42,404 nt of DNA. Origin: a virus. Lineage: Duplodnaviria; Caudoviricetes. This document shows positions 27,477-36,158 of the stretch, in pieces; within the stretch, counting starts at the first letter, position 1, and each line of letters begins with the position of its first letter. The stretch is from positions 1-42,404 of IMG/VR virus record IMGVR_UViG_3300020045_006171; one strand, written 5' to 3'. Both the position numbers and the translations under genes were made by a program. The notes under the pieces were generated by a model that was not told the DNA's origin, made no database searches, and saw nothing but the letters and a program-made list of their open reading frames with translations.

Positions 27477-27860
27477 TTATTCAAGATCAATATTCGGAAC
27501 GATAACGCTTGGTTTAAAAATAACCCGATAGTGTTTGTCACTTACCTTCTTCGGCTCAATTTGCTCACAAAAGTATGTTACATTGTCAGATAGCCCGAGA
27601 TAGTGCTTAAGGTACTCCCCGTTTTCTGTTTTAATTATGACTTCTATTCTTCCATCTTCCAGCGGGGTGACGCTGCAATACGCCCGAACTTCCAATATAT
27701 AATCATTCGTTATCCCGTTATAAAAAACCACACGACGAAAAATTTCAAACTGATGGGCCGCTTGAGAAATGTTGTATGACGCTGTTTCTGTATCTGAACA
27801 CCCATAAAGCCCGAACAACGCAACACAAGCGACAAATGAAAGTAAAATCTTTTTGAACAT
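27477..27860 (-). CDS. Cassette gene, conserved phage lipoprotein
   Basis: Lipobox LYGC after a hydrophobic signal peptide; RRVVFYNGIT and KHYLGLSDNVTYF motifs of a widespread phage lipoprotein family. Confidence 0.75.
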   Translation of the reverse strand: MFKKILLSFVACVALFGLYGCSDTETASYNISQAAHQFEIFRRVVFYNGITNDYILEVRAYCSVTPLEDGRIEVIIKTENGEYLKHYLGLSDNVTYFCEQIEPKKVSDKHYRVIFKPSVIVPNIDLE

Positions 27861-27958
27861 GATACGGCCCCTTCTGTTAAGGTTTTTCTTCCTCGCGCAC
27901 GATGCGCGATTGTTTTGTTTTGCAGCCGCCTATAATACGCTTTTTAGGCAAGCATTAC

Positions 27959-28104
27959 AGGCAACGTCTCGCAAAGGTTGATGCGGTCAAGCCGGAACAA
28001 AGCACTTATTATTTGGATCGCACATCGTTTCGCCTTTACAACTACCATGCGGCATTCCTTCGCATAGGGCAGGCTTGACCGTTTCAACTTTTGGCGTGTT
28101 GGCT
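27959..28104. repeat. attC-like site A3
   Basis: gcaac-gtct-cgcaaaggttgatgcggtcaagcc ... ggcttgaccgtttcaactttt(g)gcg-t-gttgg. Confidence 0.8.
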
Positions 28105-28277
28105 GTCTGTACCGGCACACCCTCAATAGTGTCCTGTCGCGCCAAGTTAAATCCAGCCTCAAACGCGTATCTCGCAGCACATTCAGGAGCACAAAGTACA
28201 TAGCCATAACCATCCTTTATTCTCTGCAACCATTTCTGGAACTCCGTTTCGATAATGCACTGATCTTTGATATCCAT
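27987..28277 (-). CDS. Cassette gene, hypothetical protein
   Basis: GAAAGG RBS; reads about 39 codons into attC A3. Confidence 0.6.
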   Translation of the reverse strand: MDIKDQCIIETEFQKWLQRIKDGYGYVLCAPECAARYAFEAGFNLARQDTIEGVPVQTANTPKVETVKPALCEGMPHGSCKGETMCDPNNKCFVPA

Positions 28278-28319
28278 GAGCGCGACCTTTCAATAATGGT
28301 TTACGTGTGCCGGTATTGC

Positions 28320-28397
28320 AGCCAACGTTTCCGCTGTTATGCTGCCGGTACGCCCACGTACTGATTTGCGCCCGGTTGCATAACGGCGGTGTTGTAT
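28320..28397. repeat. attC-like site A2
   Basis: 28323-28396 matches 26905-26978 with 2 mismatches. Confidence 0.85.
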
Positions 28398-28436
28398 GAT
28401 GAATTGCAAACTTCCATAATGTTCTTTTCGGCCAGC

Positions 28437-28709
28437 CTACTCTATAGTAGCGGCGTTATTTATCGAATCCTTCAAGGCTACAAAATCTGCAACGAACCGA
28501 TCGACACCGGAACAAAGGTTGGTAAATTCCCACGCGCCCTTCAACGACTTCAGCCGAGTAATGCTACCGGCGTAATCTATCGCCGGGATTTTTTGACCGA
28601 TAGAAAGCTCTTTGGGCGCGACCCCGCTTGTTGAACACAAAATGGATTTGACTTCATCGTTCGTTGCAGAAATCAAAACGCCGCCGACTGTTACAGCTAT
28701 AACCTGCAT
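28437..28709 (-). CDS. Cassette gene, hypothetical protein
   Basis: GAAAGGTG RBS; single ORF between hairpins. Confidence 0.65.
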   Translation of the reverse strand: MQVIAVTVGGVLISATNDEVKSILCSTSGVAPKELSIGQKIPAIDYAGSITRLKSLKGAWEFTNLCSGVDRFVADFVALKDSINNAATIE

Positions 28710-28772
28710 AAGAGCACCTTTCGTTTGAGTTAAGAGGCCGAAAAACTATTAAATAAGAGTTTGCAATTTTTC

Positions 28773-28835
28773 ATACAACGTGTGCTCAATGCGTGCTGGC
28801 CGGTTCCTCCGGCCTGCATGCTTGAGCTGTTGTTT
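28773..28835. repeat. attC-like site A1
   Basis: acaac-gtgt-gctcaa(t)gcgtgctggccgg-ttcct-ccggcctgcatgcttgagc-t-gttgt. Confidence 0.85.
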
Positions 28836-29073
28836 GGCTGTAGGTCACGCGCTCCTTGATTTCCAGCGGCGCATGTGCCCACTCGATCTGCTCCCACCCA
28901 AGCCTCGCCGCGTCAGCTAACAACGCAATAAGACTGTTGTCGGGATTAACTTTTGATAATTCACTTTCGATATGTACCCGGATGCGGCGACCAAAATTTA
29001 TAAGAGAACAGTCCATTGTACAGGGTAACGCCACGACTCCCGCCAGTTCATCGATATATGGTTGACCTTGCAT
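28786..29073 (-). CDS. Cassette gene, hypothetical protein
   Basis: GAAAGG upstream; reads into attC A1. Confidence 0.6.
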   Translation of the reverse strand: MQGQPYIDELAGVVALPCTMDCSLINFGRRIRVHIESELSKVNPDNSLIALLADAARLGWEQIEWAHAPLEIKERVTYSQTTAQACRPEEPASTH

Positions 29074-29116
29074 AACTGTTGCGCCGCCTTTCAATGGTCG
29101 CGTGACCTATTGCAAA

Positions 29117-29152
29117 CAACTATCTGTTAACCTTCCCGTTTGTTCGCTTAAT
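29117..29152 (-). other. Second attI-like site heading array A
   Basis: 32/36 identity to 36467-36502; non-palindromic; ends at the GTT of the first cassette. Confidence 0.75.
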
Positions 29153-29411
29153 TTCCATTATCTCTGTCCGTTCCCCGATTTCCTTGAACACTCGGCAACG
29201 ATACGCGAACCGCAGCTTCCCGCGCCCTTCTCCCGACCTCGGGAAGCGTCTGCTGAATCCGCTCATCTTTCTGGTCTTCTCTGATCGTTTTGCAGCTCGG
29301 GCACTCATCGCGCCTGTCGCGTGCGCATGAGAAAAGACGGGTGTGCAGCTTTCGACATGGACAGCCCTTGAACGGGCAGCCAATGGACTTGGGGCAAATT
29401 GATTTACTCAT
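29148..29411 (-). CDS. Cys-rich hypothetical protein
   Basis: Overlap-coupled to the ASCH-like gene; stop codon lies inside the attI-like site. Confidence 0.45.
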   Translation of the reverse strand: MSKSICPKSIGCPFKGCPCRKLHTRLFSCARDRRDECPSCKTIREDQKDERIQQTLPEVGRRAREAAVRVSLPSVQGNRGTDRDNGN

Positions 29412-29949
29412 TCGGCATTCTCCTGAATTGAATGACCCAGACGTAGGGGTTCGCAGCCCACGACCCGACCCTGTTGATGGATTCCCAAAGAGTCATATAA
29501 CTTATTTTTGGTGATGTACTCCATGCGCACACAGACCGGTAATCCCGGTAGCAGCCATTTAACATTTCAATCCCCTCTGCAATACAATCTTCCTCCGAAA
29601 TATCCTGCAGACTCTCCACCCTGACCGCGACCACCTCAAGCGTGATACGGGACGCCCAGCGCGGCATGAAGATCGACGGCGTTTTCCGGGGCGTGAGAGG
29701 CATGTCGGTAGCGCAATAGTGGACATGATCCGTTACCCCATCAATCCAGCATGACTCCCGGACCCATAGACGATCACCTACTTTACCATACGGGCAGACA
29801 GCATCGGTCACACAAGCATCTGCTCCGCTTTCCATTCTCACAAGATGTATAACGGATTCTCTTTTGTATATCCTGCGGGTCTGCGTCTTTCTGCCTTCCA
29901 GGATGGCGCGCACCATCGGAGCACTCATTAGTATTGGTTTTTCACGCAC
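29404..29949 (-). CDS. ASCH/PUA-like phage protein
   Basis: PMVRAILEGRKTQTRR, GDRLWVRE, PSIFMPRWASRITLEV and W.ANPYVWVI.F motifs. Confidence 0.85.
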   Translation of the reverse strand: MREKPILMSAPMVRAILEGRKTQTRRIYKRESVIHLVRMESGADACVTDAVCPYGKVGDRLWVRESCWIDGVTDHVHYCATDMPLTPRKTPSIFMPRWASRITLEVVAVRVESLQDISEEDCIAEGIEMLNGCYRDYRSVCAWSTSPKISYMTLWESINRVGSWAANPYVWVIQFRRMPNE

Positions 29950-29981
29950 AGGAATCCCCCATAATAGGACGCTCTTTAATT

Positions 29982-30194
29982 TTACCCGTTGCCATGCTCC
30001 CTCGAATCTGTAACAAGTTGGTATAGTTCAAACGCCTCGTTGTCAAGCGTAAAACCGAGCTTATTTATCAGCCAGTCAACATATGCGGAGTCCTCGTTGA
30101 TCACCGTTCTAAGCGTCGCGTTCTTGTATCGCCCGAAAGAGAATATTTCATTGAGACCGATCTCGCGAATGTTGTCTGAATAAATTACTGACAT
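29982..30194 (-). CDS. Small protein, exonuclease X C-terminal / DUF3820-like
   Basis: FGRYKN...D..YVDWL motif. Confidence 0.6.
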   Translation of the reverse strand: MSVIYSDNIREIGLNEIFSFGRYKNATLRTVINEDSAYVDWLINKLGFTLDNEAFELYQLVTDSREHGNG

Positions 30195-30206
30195 AATGTG
30201 CCTTTC

Positions 30207-30374
30207 TTATTCCCCGTGATAATCCGATCCGCTCCAAGGAGGGAACTCTTCGTCCTTCCGTTTCGCCCTGCGCGCCATCATGTCGGCGGCGACAAAGCAC
30301 ACGATGAAAAAGATTGCTATTGCCGCTGTTCCGATGGCCGGGTGGGATTGGTAAAGATCGATGATGTATTTCAT
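30207..30374 (-). CDS. Small membrane protein
   Basis: 55 aa (MKYIIDLY...) with one hydrophobic helix; ATGA overlap with the upstream gene. Confidence 0.5.
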   Translation of the reverse strand: MKYIIDLYQSHPAIGTAAIAIFFIVCFVAADMMARRAKRKDEEFPPWSGSDYHGE

Positions 30375-30622
30375 GCTGCCACTGCCTCAGGTTCAATTTT
30401 GAGATAATACCTTTTGTGCGTTCCTTCGCCGAACTTGTTTTTCTCAACGTCCTCGCCGAAAATATATCCTTCCCGGCGAAGTTCTGAAAGACGTTTTCTA
30501 AGTTCCGTGCCCATTCCCATGTCGCAACATTCGCCCACCGACAACCCAGCGCGCGGGTAATTCCGCAGATATGCAAGTATCGCCTGGTTCTGCGGCTTGT
30601 GAGACAACGGTGTTTTGTTCAT
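30371..30622 (-). CDS. Winged-helix DNA-binding protein
   Basis: QNQAILAYL, LRKRLSELRREGY and KRYYL motifs; GGAGG RBS. Confidence 0.7.
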   Translation of the reverse strand: MNKTPLSHKPQNQAILAYLRNYPRAGLSVGECCDMGMGTELRKRLSELRREGYIFGEDVEKNKFGEGTHKRYYLKIEPEAVAA

Positions 30623-30815
30623 GTGCCTCCAGTGCCTTTCGATGATTTTCAATCGCCTTGATATTGTCGCGGATTAAATTCATGGTCTTCCGGTAACATC
30701 CGGCGCCCATTGTTCCGCGCTTTATCGGACGGTGACAGACGCAGCACCGGCCACTCTTCGACGGTTTCGTCGGGACGTGCCCGAACAGGTCGGTCTGCTC
30801 AACCTTGACCTTCAC
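30498..30815 (-). CDS. Hypothetical Zn-finger protein
   Basis: GTG start overlapping the ATPase stop; CCVC...GMGAGC-type motif. Confidence 0.45.
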   Translation of the reverse strand: MKVKVEQTDLFGHVPTKPSKSGRCCVCHRPIKRGTMGAGCYRKTMNLIRDNIKAIENHRKALEAHEQNTVVSQAAEPGDTCISAELPARWVVGGRMLRHGNGHGT

Positions 30816-32083
30816 AGGAGCACCACCTTGTCGTCGTATGATTCGACCTTCTGGCATTCCCGGAGCAGGACCACGTTTTCCTTATCCGATTTCTTTCCCA
30901 CTTCCGCACAAATTACTTGGAACCCGGCGGCGAGAAGTTCGTCAACAATCTTCGCCTGGTTGTCGTCATCGAGCGCCTCGAAATCGTCGATGAACCGAAC
31001 CTTGAGGTCAGGGTTGATCGAAGCGTGAAGCCGTGCGACAATCAACTCCTGCTCGCCTTTGGAGAAGTACGGTTCTTTTATCGGCCGGCCGTTGAGAAGG
31101 AGACCGCCGGATTCGTCAACCGAAAGACCGTCGAACCCGAACTTGTGCTCGGCTATGCGGTCGATACGGTTCTGCGCCACCGTCTCAAGCTGGTCGCGAT
31201 TCTTTTTGATCTCGTCTGCCTTCGCTTCGGCACGCGCCTTTTTGTCGATGTACTGGCGGTACGCTTCGGCTTTGCGGTTCGTCTCCTCGGTCCCGTGTAT
31301 GGCGTCGATGATCTCCGTAGTAGATTTCAGCGGCTCAGGCCGCGGCAATCCTTCAAGCGCATCATTCGCCTTCCCGATCTGGTCTTCGACCGCCGCAGCC
31401 TGTTGTAAAATCCTGAAGTGTTCCTCGGTCTTGTCAGCGATGTATTTCTCATGCCGGGTAATTTCTGCCGCCCGATCGTTCTGCTCGACATTGAACCGGT
31501 CGATGTCTTCTTTCTGGTGCATCAGATCCGATATGTTGGCTTTCTCGACCGGGGCAACCTCGACCACCGGGCCGATGGTCTTCAATTCCCTGTTCAAAAG
31601 CGTGAACTCCTGCTTGATCTTCTGGATCTCGGCGTCGATATCGGAAACGTCGATCCCGAGAAGAACAGCCTGGTCCTTGCTGCTCATGGCGCAGAAATTT
31701 TTCGCGGACATGAACGCCACCGAAAGAAGCCCGTTCAACCACTCCTGATTTACCAGGTATCCGGCAGGGGGATGGAATACAATCTCGTTCGACGCCGCGG
31801 TGATGTGGTTCGTAACCTTGACTTCAACATTCTTCGCCTCGTCGAGCAAGGTAAGTTCAATATCCGCGCTCTTGCGGTTCGGGCCAATGAACCGGAACCG
31901 CTCGCCGATTACTCCGTTCCCGCGCTCAGCAATGCCCTTTAAAGCCGCCCATATCCCGGTCAGGCCGACCGACGTTTTCCCGCTTCCGTTGACCCCTACG
32001 AGTCGGGTTACTGATCCGGCGAACTCGCACTCGAAGTCAGTGAAGCGGCCGAAGTTTTTGAGCTTGAGAGATTTGATTTTCAT
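30812..32083 (-). CDS. SMC/SbcC-like AAA ATPase
   Basis: MKIKSLKLKNF, Walker A GVNGSGKT, coiled coil, FSKGE signature and Walker B FIDDFEALD. Confidence 0.85.
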   Translation of the reverse strand: MKIKSLKLKNFGRFTDFECEFAGSVTRLVGVNGSGKTSVGLTGIWAALKGIAERGNGVIGERFRFIGPNRKSADIELTLLDEAKNVEVKVTNHITAASNEIVFHPPAGYLVNQEWLNGLLSVAFMSAKNFCAMSSKDQAVLLGIDVSDIDAEIQKIKQEFTLLNRELKTIGPVVEVAPVEKANISDLMHQKEDIDRFNVEQNDRAAEITRHEKYIADKTEEHFRILQQAAAVEDQIGKANDALEGLPRPEPLKSTTEIIDAIHGTEETNRKAEAYRQYIDKKARAEAKADEIKKNRDQLETVAQNRIDRIAEHKFGFDGLSVDESGGLLLNGRPIKEPYFSKGEQELIVARLHASINPDLKVRFIDDFEALDDDNQAKIVDELLAAGFQVICAEVGKKSDKENVVLLRECQKVESYDDKVVLL

Positions 32084-32340
32084 TGTATTGATTCCTTTTT
32101 ATGTGTTTGATTATCGAAAAAAGTTATGTTCGTTTCCGGGTCACAAAATGCCTTTGAATCCTCATAGGCAATTTCGACCGATTTAATTGAATTTTCATCA
32201 ATAGACAGTTGTTTCATTGTTTACCAAAGAAAAAGAGAGAATAAACAAGTAACCAGAAAAAAGAAGAGGGAAAAAGAAAAGTCCCCTGACGGAAAATAAA
32301 CCGCTCTAACGCCTTTAACATCGGGGTTTGCCGGGAAAAG

Positions 32341-32436
32341 AAAAAGGGCCGTCCCTTGATCTGTCCTCTGACTCCGTGGTGCTAGACACAGAGAAGAGGT
32401 GAAGGAACAGCCCTTTTTCTCCCATGCTAGCACACA
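32341..32436 (-). promoter_or_regulatory. Structured non-coding element (hairpin with loop complementary to an upstream 7-mer)
   Basis: Minus strand: GTGCTAG upstream; stem AAAAAGGGCTGTTCCTT/AAGGGACGGCCCTTTTT; loop TCTAGCAC. Confidence 0.5.
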
Positions 32437-32493
32437 TGGAATAAACTTATCTTGTAAAAGAACGCGGTTGCCTTGGAGAGCCCGCACGATTAA

Positions 32494-32522
32494 AATATAA
32501 AGTGATTTCATAAAAAAGTCAA
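32494..32522 (-). promoter_or_regulatory. Sigma70-like promoter
   Basis: TTGACT-N17-TATATT. Confidence 0.65.
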
Positions 32523-32534
32523 TACCTTTGTTTA

Positions 32535-32581
32535 AAAACCCCCGCCACCGTTACCCCATCGTCACCAGGCAGCGGGGTTCA
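32535..32581 (-). terminator. Rho-independent terminator after the SSAP gene
   Basis: AACCCCGCTGCC...GGTGGCGGGGGTT stem followed by a T run on the minus strand. Confidence 0.55.
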
Positions 32582-32592
32582 TGCTTCGATCT

Positions 32593-33555
32593 TCAGTACG
32601 CGAGCGGAGGCTTTCCGTCTTTGTCGAGCTGCGGTTCATCATCATGGCCCGGTTCACGCGGTGGCTTGTTCGCGTCGAGCTTGGCCTTTGCCCCGGCAAC
32701 ACCTTTTTTCTGATCGCCGGGCTTCGTCTCGTCCTGGACCTGGCCCTTGTCGATCACGTCGCGCCAGGACAGTTCGCCGTCTTTGATTGCCTGGAATATC
32801 CCGCGAAGGTCGGCCAGTTCCTTCGGTGTCAGAACGTCGGCAGGGTGCGCCAGATAAACCGCGATGTCGGCCGCGCTCACCCCGATACCGGCGAAGGCGT
32901 CGAGCATCTTCCGTTTTGCCGCGTCGGGGTCAACCGCGTCCTGCTTGTTCTGCGTTTCGATCACGATCTCCATACATTCGTCGATGATGTCGGCCGGGAT
33001 CAGCCGAAGCCCGAGCGTGCGGATCGCCTTCGATACGAGCGCGTTCTGCTTGTTCAGGATGTCGTCATCGGTCGCCGGGAGAATGTACAACATAGCATTC
33101 TGCGAATTGAGACGTGTCTTCAACGGCTGCTCACCGGGCTTCAGCGACTTCCGCTCGACCGTTTTCGTCACGGTCACATCCTGGTTGTAGGATACGTTTT
33201 CCTCAACATCCATACACTTGACATTGATAATCCGGCGCTCTTCGTCGTCGAAAACCGTCTGCGTCATCACCACCACATTGCGGTAAAGCCTGATGCACGC
33301 CTCGGCGAACCGGATCGACGGACCGGTGATACCTTTGCCGATGGGTTTATTGTACCGCGCAATGGCGGCAAACGACGGCCGGCGGCACTCTTTCAGAAGG
33401 CTCTGGCGGGTCTGCTCAATGTCACGCGGGCGACGCAGAGCCAGCTCGTAATGCGAGAAGACCAGCGCCTTCGCCTGTTCCGCGACGGCAATCGCCGCGG
33501 TCTGCGTCGGGTTGATCTGCAATGCGTTTTTGTTGGTATCGTTTTCGAGGTTCAT
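32593..33555 (-). CDS. Putative single-strand annealing protein (recombinase partner of YqaJ)
   Basis: Directly downstream of the YqaJ gene; RPRD, ITGPSIRFAE, SKAIR and AIKDGE motifs; charged low-complexity tail. Confidence 0.6.
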   Translation of the reverse strand: MNLENDTNKNALQINPTQTAAIAVAEQAKALVFSHYELALRRPRDIEQTRQSLLKECRRPSFAAIARYNKPIGKGITGPSIRFAEACIRLYRNVVVMTQTVFDDEERRIINVKCMDVEENVSYNQDVTVTKTVERKSLKPGEQPLKTRLNSQNAMLYILPATDDDILNKQNALVSKAIRTLGLRLIPADIIDECMEIVIETQNKQDAVDPDAAKRKMLDAFAGIGVSAADIAVYLAHPADVLTPKELADLRGIFQAIKDGELSWRDVIDKGQVQDETKPGDQKKGVAGAKAKLDANKPPREPGHDDEPQLDKDGKPPLAY

Positions 33556-33557
33556 GG

Positions 33558-34523
33558 CTATTCCTTTTCGGGGTAACACCGTAATGAGGAGGTCGGTTCG
33601 CCGATCTTCGTGTTCGCCGCGATGATTGAATTTATAATATCTGCGGGAACTTGCGATTTCAGCGACTCGACAACCCCCTTATAACTCGTGCTCTCGCGCC
33701 CGGCCGAACGTGTGATTGTCAGCTTTCCAAGCCCGTCAATCTTCACGCCGCCGAACTCGCCGACTTCTGAAATGATGATATTGGTCAACTCTTCCTTTTT
33801 CGCCTCGATGAACTTTGCCGCTTTTTGGAGTTTAAAGTATCTCACCGCGTTGCTGCAAAGTACCTCGGACGGATTCGGAACAATCGCCTTTGATCCTTTC
33901 TTGTAGAGGGTTGAAAAATATTCCCGGCACGCGACCGAACCGTCAGTCTGCGGAGGGGTTTTATCGGTGACCAGTTTCCAGAACTCGCGCGCCCGGTCAA
34001 AAAGCTGTTTAAAAAACGACTCGTCGAACGCGATGTTGTAAATTCTGAAGTCAGACGCGGCAATCAAAACCGCAAGGTGTGTCATCCGCTGCCCGGCGAC
34101 ACCCATCTGCCAGGTCACCTGCGTGAGGTAGTAATCCGGGATCTGATCGGTGCCAGGATCGCCCCACGCATGGCCGGAACGCGCCGTTTTGATCTCGACG
34201 TTGATCTGGCCGTCTTCGGAGACGTAATCCTGGGTACAGCCAGCCGGGACACCTTCAAAGTCTTTGCGGATGAACTCGGCCTTTACGACCTTGATGCCGT
34301 ACTGCTCGGTGTACGCCGCGGCAATCACCGGTTCAAGCCTGTTTCCCCACGACATGGCATCGTTGACCGCATCGGGCGGGATCGTGTCGCGCGTCTTATC
34401 CATCCAGCAGTCAAACGCCGACCGGTACGGGGACAGCCCGCAAATGGCAGCGATATCCGTGGCCGTCACCACCTGTTTCCGTTTCAAAAACCATTCGCCG
34501 CGGTCGCTCAATTTATACCTCAT
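33558..34523 (-). CDS. YqaJ-like viral recombinase / lambda exonuclease family
   Basis: W...RK..VTATDIAAICGLSPY, WGNRLEP, EIKT and YYLTQV.WQM.V motifs. Confidence 0.9.
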   Translation of the reverse strand: MRYKLSDRGEWFLKRKQVVTATDIAAICGLSPYRSAFDCWMDKTRDTIPPDAVNDAMSWGNRLEPVIAAAYTEQYGIKVVKAEFIRKDFEGVPAGCTQDYVSEDGQINVEIKTARSGHAWGDPGTDQIPDYYLTQVTWQMGVAGQRMTHLAVLIAASDFRIYNIAFDESFFKQLFDRAREFWKLVTDKTPPQTDGSVACREYFSTLYKKGSKAIVPNPSEVLCSNAVRYFKLQKAAKFIEAKKEELTNIIISEVGEFGGVKIDGLGKLTITRSAGRESTSYKGVVESLKSQVPADIINSIIAANTKIGEPTSSLRCYPEKE

Positions 34524-34540
34524 TTTTAGTGGTCAATTTA

Positions 34541-34570
34541 AATATAACAATATTTTTGTATAAATGCAAG
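34541..34570 (-). promoter_or_regulatory. Early promoter
   Basis: CTTGCAT-N17-TATATT. Confidence 0.7.
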
Positions 34571-34596
34571 AAAATTGTTTTTATTGAGGTATTATT

Positions 34597-34851
34597 TTAA
34601 AAAAACTTCCTGTACCAGGGGGTGGACGACATTGTCTCCATGACCTCATCGGGAATGCCCTTGAAATACTTGTTGTGCGGGCAAGCGGTGAAAAATGTGG
34701 TGCGGGTTGCTGCGAGTTCATTGTTCAGTTTTTTAATCTGATCCCGGTACGCTTCCCCAGCCGTGAGCGAAAACTCCAGGGCGTTGAGCGCCCGTTCTTT
34801 TGCGATGTACTCCGGCCCTTTGACGCCGAAAAATTCAAGGATTCTTTTCAT
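34597..34851 (-). CDS. Hypothetical protein
   Basis: AAGGAGAG RBS. Confidence 0.6.
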   Translation of the reverse strand: MKRILEFFGVKGPEYIAKERALNALEFSLTAGEAYRDQIKKLNNELAATRTTFFTACPHNKYFKGIPDEVMETMSSTPWYRKFF

Positions 34852-34895
34852 TGACTCTCCTTATAAAAGTTAGCGACCGTGCAAGACCCAAACCT

Positions 34896-35150
34896 CTAAC
34901 CCACTCGGTCGCTTGCCGGTGTTTCCGGCGATTGTTTCGGTTGTAAACAGTTCTGTTTATCATAAACCACTATGTCAGCACAAGATTCCAATTTAAATAA
35001 AATTATAATTATTGGAATAGCAGGACCGAACAATCCGGCGACAGCAGAGATAATTAAATCACCAACCGTTATCCTTTGAACACAGGAATATCCGTGCAAA
35101 AGAAAGGATATCGAGCCAATTAAAAACCATGCGATTATTGCGATTGTCAT
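34896..35150 (-). CDS. Small membrane protein
   Basis: Two hydrophobic helices; ATGA overlap. Confidence 0.6.
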   Translation of the reverse strand: MTIAIIAWFLIGSISFLLHGYSCVQRITVGDLIISAVAGLFGPAIPIIIILFKLESCADIVVYDKQNCLQPKQSPETPASDRVG

Positions 35151-35419
35151 TTTACCATCTCCTTCAACAGGCAGCGAACCCGAGCCGCGGTCATTAGTTT
35201 TCCAGCATCGTTGCAGTGTATTGAGACTTCTTGTGCGTGCCGAAAAGAATCTGCAACATATGCGGGTGCTGCCAGTGTGAATTTAGCGGCATGAATTGCA
35301 GAAACGGACGCAGCTCCCATCGCAGCGACCGCCGCGCATTTTGCATCTCCAATCGCCATTCCCAGGCGGAAAGCCTTGCGAGCGCTTATCAGTTTTCTAC
35401 GGCGTTTTTCTTTTCCCAT
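35147..35419 (-). CDS. Hypothetical protein
   Basis: Start MGKEK just after the core of attC B3. Confidence 0.5.
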   Translation of the reverse strand: MGKEKRRRKLISARKAFRLGMAIGDAKCAAVAAMGAASVSAIHAAKFTLAAPAYVADSFRHAQEVSIHCNDAGKLMTAARVRCLLKEMVK

Positions 35420-35777
35420 TTTTACCTTTTGTATAACGTTCGCCAAATGTTTGTATGTCAAGCCGAAAATAATCCTTACAGCCAGTTTTACAACGAGATT
35501 TAACACACCGATTACTACGGAAATGCTTGCAATCCAGCCACGGCTTGATTACAAACTTTGGCTGTTGTTTGTCAGTTGGCTCGGCTGATACCTTAATGTG
35601 ATCGGCGCTCTTTTGATCTACCACTGAGGCTATTTCGCGCAATGCTTCGGCGGTAAAGTTCTGCCGTGGAAAAATCTCTGGCTCAAAGCGCCATTCCCCA
35701 TTTTCAAGGCGTACTATGCCTATTTCACCGCCATTACCGCCGATAAGCCTGAACCAAGTTTCCCGTGTGATTACCAT
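35397..35777 (-). CDS. Cassette gene, hypothetical protein
   Basis: AGGA RBS; reads entirely through attC B3. Confidence 0.55.
   Translation of the reverse strand: MVITRETWFRLIGGNGGEIGIVRLENGEWRFEPEIFPRQNFTAEALREIASVVDQKSADHIKVSAEPTDKQQPKFVIKPWLDCKHFRSNRCVKSRCKTGCKDYFRLDIQTFGERYTKGKNGKRKTP
35431..35570. repeat. attC-like site B3
   Basis: ataac-gttc-gccaaa(t)gtttgta(t)gtcaagccg ... cggcttgattacaaactttggc-t-gttgt. Confidence 0.8.
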
Positions 35778-35818
35778 AGCGCCGATCCTATAAAATGTTT
35801 TTCAGCCGAGACTATTGC

Positions 35819-35957
35819 CTGCAACGTTTACGCAACTGGTGATAGGTGAGCCGCCCACCAACGGCGACATTTGACTGATAAGAACCGAAGTTTACAAGGC
35901 TGCACATTGCCACAGTTACAGCACTGCGGCTCACTTTCATACCTTGCGTTGTTGCCT
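35819..35957. repeat. attC-like site B2
   Basis: gcaac-gttt-acgcaa..ggtgataggtgagccgc ... gcggctcactttcataccttgcgt-t-gttgc. Confidence 0.8.
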
Positions 35958-36118
35958 GTCTGTACTGCGGGCGCTCCTCGCGTTTTCGCGGCGCGGCGAA
36001 AATGCACAGTTATGTGGCGTCCGCACGAACAAACACTTTTACCGTTGGCGTTATTGTTACCGACCATTAAAACCGTTGATCTTATTCCGCACATACACTC
36101 AATGTTTATTTCACGCAC
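35828..36118 (-). CDS. Cassette gene, Cys-rich hypothetical protein
   Basis: Likely GTG start with GAAAGG; reads into attC B2. Confidence 0.55.
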   Translation of the reverse strand: MREINIECMCGIRSTVLMVGNNNANGKSVCSCGRHITVHFRRAAKTRGAPAVQTGNNARYESEPQCCNCGNVQPCKLRFLSVKCRRWWAAHLSPVA

Positions 36119-36158
36119 TTTCGCGCAGCCTTTCAAATTCAACCGCCCGCAGTATTGC

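Larger units (their letters stand above)
25959..29152 (-). mobile_element. Integron-like cassette array A (attI-like site + 8 cassettes)
   Basis: Eight AAC...GTT hairpins (one truncated) alternating with single small co-oriented ORFs; the two ends of each intact cassette are complementary. Confidence 0.8.

Noticed and set aside
25959-29120. CRISPR array or simple terminators as the explanation for the repeats
   Set aside because: The repeats vary in length and sequence, are separated by whole genes, lack U-tracts and carry conserved AAC/GTT ends. No cas genes are present.
34895-34946. Possible fourth attC-like site of array B (taac...gccgg-tgttt-ccggc...gttg)
   Set aside because: The stem is short and irregular, and complementarity to the cassette start at 35437 is weak; at best a degenerate site.
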